A stretch of DNA of 20,000 nt from Neophaeotheca triangularis (taxonomy: Eukaryota), in NCBI GenBank assembly GCA_054600435.1, contig BAAIJX010000005.1, positions 793,930 to 813,929 of the forward strand, read 5' to 3'. The notes under the pieces were generated by a model. That model saw only the letters and a program-made list of their open reading frames with translations. It had not been told where the DNA came from and did no database searches. Below, piece after piece: positions 10,757-20,000 of the stretch (the first letter of the stretch is position 1; each line of letters starts with the position of its first letter). Made by a program: the position numbers and the translations under genes.

Positions 10757-12801
10757 GGTTACTGGAGTGCTCGACGGTTGATAAATTACGGTCCTTTCGA
10801 GGGCGGACATTTGCAGCGCTGGCGTCTTCATCTATAGGAACCTCCATACCCAGCTATAGCTGCCACACGTCCCGGAGGCTGCCCCAAGGGCGCACGCAAC
10901 GGCGCCAGAGTAGATGCTGTAGAGCATACACCACCAACATCGCCAGCTGCAGATCTCGCATCGTGCTAGCGGTCAGTGCATCAAGCGTGCTGGCACCTTA
11001 GGTACTCATTCATCTCTGGGTCGGCTCCAGAGCTGTCCGCTCCAGTACAGTAAGCCGCCACAGTGCTAGCCCGTAGACCACTGCTCGTTACTGACCGGTG
11101 CGACGCTGTTCGTGTTGATGCAGCCGCACATACGCAACCACTCTGACATCCACACCATCAATGCCTTTTAGGCTTTTACCTTGTCAGCTTACCCGTGCAG
11201 AAGCGACGTGACATTCTAGCTACCTACCTGTAAGCGCCTAGGCATCTGGATCACCACCGATGCCAAGCCCTTCAGCCTTGCCTTCACAAACTACAGTACT
11301 TAATCCCGAGTCGAATCCTTCAGCCTACAGCCTTATCTTTTTTTTTTTTTCCCTTCCACGGATCCCTTGCTATCCATCCGAGGTATGGAGGGTGTTAAAT
11401 CATCTCGCATCTTTCGTGGTTGTACTTGGTCACCTGCAGCTTGGTATTGACAAGGGCCTTGTCCTCTTCTCTCCGTACCTCAAATTCTGGATTTCCGTGC
11501 TGGTCCAGACTCGGACTTCAGCCATGCCAGCATGCCAGCCTTGCATTCAACCCCTCATCTTCATCATCCTGAACCAAAATAAGCCCGGAGGACGTTTCTA
11601 CCGCCTTCATACCAGTTGGCAGAGCTCAGTCTGCGAAGCGCTTTGGGCTTGCCTGGGAATCATCTAGAGCCGAATATTTCAGCATTGTTCTCCTACCTCC
11701 TACCTTCTAAAAATTATCGACGGTACATCTTTCGACTCGTGTTTCGCACAGCTGGCACTGCATCTTTTAGCCACTTCCACCACGTTGGAGGTTGAGATCT
11801 GAGGTCAAAGACAAGCAAGTCTCAGCCTTGGGACCGGGCGGCAGTCGACCCAGTGTTCAAGCGGTACGTTTCCACTTCTGCTCTTCCACATGACATACAG
11901 GCCTACGTTATGTACCGAGGCCGTAAGCGAAAGATAGTGCTGTACTATACATCCCTCGAGCTCGTCGTTGCTCAAAGCTGAGTGTTGTTGATCTACGCAA
12001 TATACGATCACACCATCCTAGAACAGCGGGTCTAGAGAAGAGGCAGGGTTATGTTCCTTGCTATACAATAATACAACCTCAGCCTCGAATTTCCAGCGCC
12101 CCCTCGCTCTAGACACGAACGGCCTACGCTTCAGACAACAGAAACGACCGGCTAAAGTATACTAGAATTGCGTTGGCTCTGGAAACGGTCTTAAAGAGCC
12201 TTTGTACTCTTCATCAGCCTGAAATTCGCCTTAACACCCAGCGAGATTGAATTCAGCCCCCATCACGGAATATCGATGAATCGAGATACAACAAGGCAAG
12301 GAGCTTGTAAGTGGCAATACCATGAGCTTGCGGCTGCGTTCCTTTCACGACAGTGATGTTCAGACATCGGCTTGCGCGCTTATGCACATGGAGGAGTAGG
12401 GTCTCATTGGAGGTTGCACCGGCATGTCCGATGACTGACATGACCGGCCAAACTTGACTCCATGACTTTCAGGACAGCTCAGCTGTATGAAGACAGTCTC
12501 GCGTAGCTGTACACTCTAGGCTGTCAACTGTGCCGCCCACGAGGTAAAGTATCCAATATTGCATGCACACCATGCAGCTTACCCAGCCGTAAGCTTCATT
12601 CAGGAAAGGATACGTCCGGCGTCTGCTCGTGTACACTGGACGGGATTGTATTGGCTGCCAAGCTTCAATGCGTTATATCAAGGTGCGACGACCCGCTCTT
12701 CCCGAGCGCAAACACATTACGAACGTTTTACTTTATCCTTGCAAAGGCCATTGACCGCGATTGTTTCTGTCTCAATGTAATTGCGATTGCCTCTCTCAAG
12801 G

Positions 12802-15800
12802 ATGGCTACCACACAGTCCACACTCTTATCTTCAAATGGAGATGGCCACGTGCAGATCAAATCTGGCTCAGCGATTTCTGGAGAGGCGACCCCAAACATC
12901 CCGTCCAGCGGACATGATACACCCTCAGGCGACTTGGCTCCGTCGAAAATCGGCTTGAACGACGAAGTCGCTACCAATGGGACAGGCGCCAAGCCTGCCG
13001 GCTCCCTCGAGATAGCTGCTGCCACAGTCGACACTGCTATCGGGGAAACAAACGACCACGTCGGTAAAGTTAAAGCCGATGGATACGAGACTGACCAGGA
13101 GGATGAGTATACCCTCAAACAAACCCTTGCAGATGATCTACGATACCCAAGCCTGGCTGCACCCTTGGAGGAACGGCGAAAGTCTTCCCAAAAGCGAAGC
13201 CTCCAAGCTTCCTCTTATTTAATATTGCTCGAAGATCGCGTGCGAGATCTCGAAAAGATCGTAACTGCTCTACAAACGGAAAAAGTCGATGCAAAGGCAG
13301 ACGCGGCTGACGATCAGACTGAAGCGCAGCCTGAAGCGAACGTCCACAAATCCGACGACCTGCGCCCGGTCGTGGCCAAATTGCAGTGGGCCGCATTCTC
13401 TGGAGCCGTATCCACCACCCCCTTGGCAAAAGATGTCCATGTTGTAGAGCTCCTGATTCAGCGGCCATACTCCTTTGAGGTTCGAAGCCAATCCTTGGGG
13501 AAACGCCACCGGAAGCACCTTGACCCTCCGGATGAACAGTCGGAGGCGCTCGTGCAGCGAATCAGGCACAACTCAGAGAGCTTGTCACGCATTTTCGAAG
13601 AAATCCTGGACAAAGATCATTACCCAAAAGAGGCGGAGGATCAACTCAGACCTTTCAAAGCCCTGGTACCATACGCTGAAGAGCTTCGCGCAAAGAAGGA
13701 AGAGCTGGAAGAGTTGCTGTCAAATTTACCAGCGCCACCAGAGGATTCATCGGTGGGTGATGGCGAACCGAAGTCATCCCCTCTCGCTCACAACGAGACT
13801 CGTAGTGGCGGGGAGGCGAAGCAAGTTCCTGTATTTCACGACGCTGCTCCCCTGGCCGATTCACCATTGCCTGGATCGGATGCGAAAGATATTGAGTCAG
13901 ACAAGGAGCGGTCTGACGTTGTCAGATCGCTTGAGCATCTTCAGCCTCTACTCGATTGTCTGAATGGCAACCTTGCCGTTGAAGTGGCTCGTCACCAGAG
14001 GCTGAGAGCGTGCCACACTGGCGGTAAAGCGGCGGGCTCTACCAGAGTTTCCTTTGATGAGCTGTGGCACCTATTTGCTCCAGGTGATCTTGTCTATGAC
14101 CCAAAGGAATATCAAGCATTGAAGGTCTTGGCTGTCACAGGCGGGAGGCAGCACCTGATCGAAGAGCATGGGGACGGAAAGACCATCGGCGCTGGGGGCC
14201 TACCATACGAAGCTGGACTTGACCGAGGCTTCGACGATCATTTCGCTGTTGGCGACTTTCAACGTCTGACGCTCACTGGAACTGAGCAGACCTCTGATTT
14301 TGTTCTCAGTTGTTTTTACCTCCGGTCCAATGGCGCACGAGTCGGTCCCATCCAAACTACGCGAGTCATCAAAGCCTTTGAGGGATTGAGAGAGATCAAA
14401 GATTTGGCGCTCATGCCCGTGGCTTACGCAGAGACAGAGTCGTTTTCCATGGGACGGACAGGCGAGAGTGACATTGGCGAGCGCGGAAAAACCGTTCAAC
14501 AGGTTCTGCTGGAGAGAGGCAGGAAATACGCTGAGCTGGCTCTCAAAGGGCAAGCCGGTAAATACAGCCTGCATCCTCAAATGGGACTGAGAGACGCTAA
14601 CACCACCTTATAGCTCACCGTGAATACAGTGGCTTCAGTCTGGGCTCGATCAGGGAGCAGGTGAGTAAGGCCATGACCTCCCCTCTCATTGCAGTGCTAA
14701 CCATTTCGGCAGCTTGATTCAGAGGTGATCGTAGATCTAGATTACTATCACCAGTCTCATCCCGAAGCCGAGCCTCTTTTCGGCCTTCACCAACCGCCTG
14801 ACGCTGAAGCACAGGAAACAAGGGAGAAGCTCCTGGTAAAATGTACCTGTTCGATCCCTAATTGCTCCTACAAGACGCTGCACGAGTCCACGATTTTCGA
14901 CGACTCCGTCGTCGACAAGTTGCGCACAGACAAGTATTTGAGGCAGCACCCGTACTTGGTACGATGGAGTGAGGATCAGTATCAGAGGTTTATGCTATCT
15001 GCCGACGACTGCATCATTCTGTTTCCGCGGGAGATGTGGGGTTTTGTGTTGAGGACTCGGGAATTCAGTGAGCTCATGACACATTTTCCCATTGATGTTT
15101 AGTAAAACCTATACTAATATGATACAGCGCGGCTCGATGTTCTGCGGATTACCGAGGTGGCACCAAGAGTACAAAGTTTCGACGAGCTGGTGCTACCCGA
15201 CGAACACCGGCGTATTGTGCAAGGCTTGGTAGAGACTCACAGTAGGGGCCTTCGTCCGGTCCAGGACGCTATGGGCAACAAGGGCCTCGGAGAGCGCGAA
15301 GATCTGGTTCGTGGCAAAGGAAAAGGGGTCATCATTCTGCTCCATGGCGTCCCTGGAGTAGGCAAGGCAAGTCGCATAAAACACTCCCTTTCGACTAGCC
15401 GCTCAAAGAGCTAACGAACGCGGAAGACGTCCACAGCAGAGTGCGTTGCGGAGTACACCAAACGACCCCTGTTTTCCCTTACATGCGGTAGGATCAGATG
15501 TTCCATTGCAAAGAGTAAACACCCACTAATTGTCAGCAGGCGACATTGGTGACAACGCGCAGGACGTTGAGAAGAACTTGAGAACGAACTTCCAGCTCGC
15601 TCATCGATGGGGCTGCGTCATGCTTCTCGACGAGGCTGACGTCTTCCTTCAGTCTCGAAGCACCAACCGCGACCTCACAAGGAACGCCGTCGTTTCGGTG
15701 TTTTTGGGCATGCTAGAGTACTATTCCGGCATTCTTTTCCTGACAACCAACAAGATCGGCACCTTCGATGAGGCCTTCAAATCGCGCATTCACGTTTCAC

Positions 15801-16405
15801 TCTACTACCAGGAGCTTGACAAGGAACAGACCCTGAAGATATGGAAATTGAATCTGGAGCGAATCAAGAAGACCCGCAAAGGTGTGGTGTACGAAGAAAA
15901 GAAAATGATGAGATGGATGGAAAAGCTCTACGAGCAGAACGAGAATGATGAAGTTCGGCCTTGGAATGGTCGCCAAATCCGCAACGCTTGCCAGACAGCA
16001 GCAGCTCTCGCGGAGTTCGTAAACAAGGACGATCCTGTGAAGGCAAGTTGACTGCTCCGGCTTCCGCAAAATCTTTGCGCTGACAAACAGCAGACCATAA
16101 CAAGGGAAGAGCTCAATGCTGTGGCGACCGTCAGTGCTGAGTTCGATCGCTACCTGGAGGCAACCCACGGTACGGACGACATCGGGCGAGCTGAAGCTAA
16201 CTATGAGCGTGGTGACCATAAGTATCATGAGTGGCTTGAGAGAACCCTCAAAGATATGAAGCAACCTTCTCGCTCAGTGAGACCTCGCAAAGAACGTTCG
16301 CCGCCACGCAAGTACTCCACCACCAAGAAGGCCAGAAAAGAGACCACAAGGGCACCGGGAGGTATATCGGATAGCGAATCATCGGGCGACAATCGCCGTC
16401 GATGA
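12802..16405 (+). CDS. Large fungal AAA+ ATPase with long N-terminal region (DUF7025-like), about 1090 aa, 7 exons
   Basis: Exons 12802-14557, 14614-14660, 14713-15067, 15128-15366, 15427-15487, 15540-16042, 16094 (or 16091)-16405. Walker A LLHGVPGVGKTSTAECVA, Walker B MLLDEADVF, sensor 1 LFLTTN, arginine finger DEAFKSRIH, lid WNGRQIRN. Upstream family motifs VSFDELWHLFAPGDLVY and SFDELVLP. Confidence 0.92.
15367..15426 (+). other. Non-canonical GC-AG intron inside Walker A
   Basis: AAG|GCAAGT donor, GCTAAC branch at 15410-15415, AAG acceptor. Removal is required to join GVGK to TSTAE, and the intron carries an in-frame TAA at 15412-15414. Confidence 0.85.
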
Positions 16406-16843
16406 GGCTGATGTGATAGCCATTGAGGTGGGCGGTTGATTCCATTTCTCTGGACATGCGTGAGCATTGTGAGCAAGGGTTTATTGATTTTTCACGGCCA
16501 TGTTATAACGATTTCGGCAGCTTACTCTTGTATGACCCGTGCTCTGAATCCCTCTAAACTCGTTTTAGTTGCATGCAGATGGACCGGGGGGATTGCCGTG
16601 ATACACATCAGCTCGTAGCCACAACACTCTGGATGATACCGTAACGAGGCTGAACCCACTTGGTAGTCAAGACTCCACGAAGCGCTCTTTGTATTGGATT
16701 GACGGATGGTGCTGGCGACTGTCTTGCGAGGCAGGAAGCGTAAGCCTTTCTATGCCGACATCTGGACCTGTTCGCCTCATGATGGGTCGCCTTTGATGGC
16801 GATCCTACTTCTACGCCGGGGGTGATTTGATATGCCCGCAGGC

Positions 16844-17764
16844 TCAGGATAATTGGGTCCATCGATCAACGAACTGCGCAACCTCTCCCAAATCGCGAGC
16901 CCACCACAAGCCCTTGAAAGTCCTGCCTCGTTCCTCCACCTCACCAACATGAGCCTGCTCAACACCAACCCGATCCAAAGCATCTTTCAACCCCTGCTGA
17001 CCACTACCCATGGGCTCGTCGCGGATGCAGATGCCAGCCCCGAGTGCGAGTAAACAGTCAAAGTCCGTCGCGGAGTCGCCGACATACGCAAAAGCCGAAG
17101 AAGCCGCTGAGATTGGATCACCGGGCGGAAAAAGTCTTGCAAGCTTGTCTGCGCTTGTCTGAACTGCTTCGCTACCGTTGCTCAGAGACCCGTCGCTGCC
17201 CTCTGGAGAGTCTAGTCTTTGGATCTCGTTGGCTGTGATAGAAATATTTGCGATGCCCTCTAGTAACGCCGGGTCATCTGTCGAGGCTCGAAGGGTCTCG
17301 CGAATAAAACTTGCGCTCCAGTTTACACTGACAATGTCCAAGATACCCTCGGGGGTTGATAGATCTCTCAGCAGCTCGAGACAACCGGGACGCAGCTGGA
17401 CGTCCCCCCGCGAGATGGCTTGTCGCGCCGTCGCCACCACATCATCGCCAGTCACGCCACGAAAGAAACCCGACTTGCTCACCCTCGCGGCGCTTGCCTT
17501 CTCGACAGCCTTCAAGCTACGCAGCCAATCCTTCTCCTGGGCTATTGTGGTTCGGTCGGCTTTGGTAGGTCTGTAGTTATTTTGATGCGAAGTGTAGTCG
17601 TCCATGTACGCTTTGGAGATGGCAGACCACTCGGACTCACTAGGTGCTGCCTCACTTCCGGTACGTTTGTCACGCTGAGACGGTATGGATCCGATGACTG
17701 ACATGGTGTCCTTCCGTGTCATTGTCCCGTCCCAGTCCAGGACGAGACGAATCGGTTTGACCAT
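16844..17764 (-). CDS. HAD-superfamily hydrolase, thiamine-phosphate phosphatase-like (yeast YCR015C/CTO1 and plant TH2 HAD-domain type), 306 aa (323 aa if started at 17815)
   Basis: HAD motif I LVLDWDGTMT, motif II IVSVNWS, motif III TSADK, motif IV YVGDSATDFDCLL. Single uninterrupted ORF. Confidence 0.85.
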   Translation of the reverse strand: MVKPIRLVLDWDGTMTRKDTMSVIGSIPSQRDKRTGSEAAPSESEWSAISKAYMDDYTSHQNNYRPTKADRTTIAQEKDWLRSLKAVEKASAARVSKSGFFRGVTGDDVVATARQAISRGDVQLRPGCLELLRDLSTPEGILDIVSVNWSASFIRETLRASTDDPALLEGIANISITANEIQRLDSPEGSDGSLSNGSEAVQTSADKLARLFPPGDPISAASSAFAYVGDSATDFDCLLALGAGICIRDEPMGSGQQGLKDALDRVGVEQAHVGEVEERGRTFKGLWWARDLGEVAQFVDRWTQLS

Positions 17765-18193
17765 TCTTATGCTCGGGGTCTGTATCCTGACGCGAGGCAA
17801 TCGAGTAGCTTTCATGGGAGTATGCAGCGGTTTCGTCTTGACGCCGACGTGAACGTCCGTCACATGTTCAGGTGTTCAACTGGTCGGGCGTGGTCGGTGA
17901 ATGAGTTACATGGTGGCAAGCTGCTTGGCATGTTTATTTCCGGCTGAGACTCGCTCGGTAATAAAATCCATAGGGGCTGTTTTGCCACATCCCCTTCCAT
18001 CGCACTCCGGCCCCCTGCAGCGGAAATTTGTTGGCATGTTGAGATTGGGATTGCGCTATAAGTGCTTTCATTGAAATCGTAAACAGCTGCACCCAGTCAA
18101 CAATTTGTGCCGAAGAGTAAGGTAGATGCAGGAGGTGTGATAAATTCGCCACAGGTCCAAGGGAAAGCGACGAAAGCCAGCCGAGGTGAATCG

Positions 18194-18203
18194 AGCCAAT
18201 CAG
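18194..18203 (+). promoter_or_regulatory. CCAAT box (Hap/CBC consensus) in the divergent HAD/sdhB intergenic region
   Basis: AGCCAATCAG about 170 bp upstream of the sdhB ATG. The CCAAT-binding complex is an established regulator of respiratory and Fe-S genes in fungi. A second CCAAT lies on the minus strand at 18044-18048. Confidence 0.5.
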
Positions 18204-18365
18204 AGGCCCGATTATTGAGACAAGGACTAGCGGCCGGAGATCTCGTTGCCATCATCACCACTTTCCCAACTTCCACACTACTACCTAAACTTACAACCAA
18301 ACACCCTCTTTCAACCTCACACCTCGAAACACCATCGACCCCTACCACTCTCTCCACTCCACACC

Positions 18366-19345
18366 ATGGCCTCTCTTCGACACGTAGCGCGCCGCGCAGC
18401 GACGACGGCGTCTGCACCACGATTCATCGCCCCCATGGCCGCCAGGCGCGGCATGGCCACTACGATCGAGCACACCAAAGAGCCCCTCAGCGCCGTAGCG
18501 GAGGCTACCTCTGCTAGCCGACCACCAGAGCCCGCGTCCAAGACCGACACAAAGCAAGAGCCGAAGCCGGACGAGAATGCCCAGATCAAGACATTCAACA
18601 TCTACAGGTGGAATCCTGATGAGCCGACCAGCAAGCCCAAGATGCAGTCATACACTCTCGACCTGAACAAGACCGGCCCCATGATGTTGGATGCGCTCAT
18701 TAGGATCAAGAACGAAGTGGACCCGACTCTCACATTCAGGCGAAGCTGCAGAGAGGGCATTTGCGGAAGCTGCGCCATGAACATCGATGGTGTTAACACA
18801 TTAGCGTGCTTGTGTAAGTCGATTTACACATCATTAATACTCACAATACATTACTGACATGGTGAAAAGGCCGCATTCCCACCGACACCAAGCAGCAGAC
18901 TCGTATCTACCCACTACCGCACACCTACGTTGTCAAGGACCTCGTCCCTGACCTCACCCACTTTTACAAGCAATACAAGTCGATCAAGCCCTACCTGCAG
19001 CGCGAGACCCCACCGCCAGATGGCCGGGAGAACAGGCAATCTCCCGAAGAGCGCAAGAAGCTGGACGGTCTCTACGAATGTATTCTGTGCGCATGCTGCA
19101 GTACTTCATGTCCGTCGTACTGGTGGAACAGCGAGGAATACCTCGGCCCCGCCGTGCTCTTGCAATCTTACCGCTGGATCGCCGACTCCCGCGACGAGCG
19201 CACCGCCCAGCGCAAAGATGCCCTCAACAACAGCATGAGCTTGTATCGGTGCCACACCATTCTCAACTGCAGCAGGACATGCCCCAAGGGCTTGAACCCT
19301 GCGTTGGCCATTGCCGAGATTAAAAAGAGCATGACTTTGTCGTAG
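18366..19345 (+). CDS. SDH2: Succinate dehydrogenase iron-sulfur subunit, mitochondrial, 307 aa, 2 exons
   Basis: Exons 18366-18813 and 18870-19345. Intron 18814-18869 is GTAAGT...CTGAC...AAG. Arg/Ala-rich presequence; cysteine clusters [26 protein letters not shown] and [12 protein letters not shown]. Confidence 0.98.
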
Positions 19346-19869
19346 AGCGGTTTCATTTCGACATGCCGTTATTAGACGGCTTTTAGGGTTTCAGACATTT
19401 GAACGGGATTGCGTGGTTGATGGCGTTATGCTGTAGATATGCCTTGTATCATTCAGTCCAAACCCCTTCACACTTTTCCAAGCTGAGTTGGTAGTGTCGT
19501 CTGTTTGTATACTGCATCAACTCATCCGCGCACTTGTCAAGTAGGAGACCTTGGTGCAAGCGAAAGTACTAGCAGGTACGAGAAACTTGCTCTCCCATCC
19601 TTTCCGTCCGCACCTAAAGCTAACGCCCTTTCCGCCGATGATGTAGCAAAGGTCGTTCGCCAGATACTCAACCATCCTGACAAGGCTCTGCTAATACGCT
19701 TTCGGCAAAGCCGCCGCAGCAACCACGATCCACTTCTATGATCCAGACCTCGCGTGTGGAAGGGTCTCTGGTTGGCGAAAGCTCAAACCATCTACACCAT
19801 TGCGCATTGCTTCGCCCACCCAGGTGCGTACGACTTCGGTGCTTCTCGGTCTTGAGATTCACCACTCTC

Positions 19870-19872
<3 letters not shown>

Positions 19873-19917
<45 letters not shown>

Positions 19918-19935
19918 TAAAAAAAAAAAAAAAAA
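19873..19935. repeat. Homopolymer tract T43-ATT-A17 at the start of AT-rich sequence
   Basis: T run 19873-19915 and A run 19919-19935. The sequence to the window end is strongly AT-rich. Confidence 0.9.
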
Positions 19936-20000
19936 CTGTACCTTGCCTTGTATATTTTTTAGTAAAATGAGATAATTAATAAATTTAAAACCCATGCTTA

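Noticed and set aside
11260..11760. ORF 11260-11667 (+), and a protein-like interrupted minus-strand frame (ILVQDDEDEGLNARL...EFEVRREEDKALVNTKL) suggesting a decayed gene
   Set aside because: The plus ORF runs through a T13 tract and has no recognisable motif. The minus frame has about 4 stops in 150 codons, not clearly different from chance, and matches no family I recognise. A tBLASTx search would be needed.
18196..18218. Bipartite CBC-HapX site (CSAAT-N12-RWT) at the sdhB CCAAT box
   Set aside because: An AT-rich patch follows the box, but the bases at the N12 spacing are TAT, which does not match RWT.
19505..19870. Short protein-like ORF after sdhB (ALSADDVAKVVRQILNHPDKALLIRF)
   Set aside because: No ATG start and no recognisable family. 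It could be a gene relic next to the poly(T) tract but cannot be supported.
1..20000. CRISPR arrays, tRNA/rRNA genes, secondary-metabolite cluster, transposase or tyrosine recombinase (Starship captain)
   Set aside because: No repeat-spacer arrays, RNA gene signatures, backbone synthases or recombinase motifs were seen.

Overview
Gene-dense fungal genomic DNA with short spliceosomal introns and CTRAY branch sites. The SdhB N-terminus resembles Mycosphaerellales/Dothideomycetes from recall only. Eight protein-coding genes can be spliced into continuous frames by hand: a Bax inhibitor-1 family protein (-), a GPI-type two-FAS1 fasciclin (+), an uncharacterised multipass membrane protein (-), a secreted class 3 lipase (+), a NACHT-like protein with a degenerate P-loop (-), a ~1090 aa AAA+ ATPase (+), a HAD hydrolase of the thiamine-phosphate phosphatase/YCR015C type (-) and SDH2/sdhB (+). 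The window ends in a T43-ATT-A17 tract followed by AT-rich sequence. The most notable element is the head-to-head pair at 8.7-16.4 kb: an apparently catalytically dead, sensor-less NACHT-like gene and an intact AAA+ ATPase gene. It is a candidate two-gene defence or non-self-recognition module (inference). The ATPase needs a non-canonical GC-AG intron removed to assemble its Walker A motif. All gene models were derived manually, without searches.
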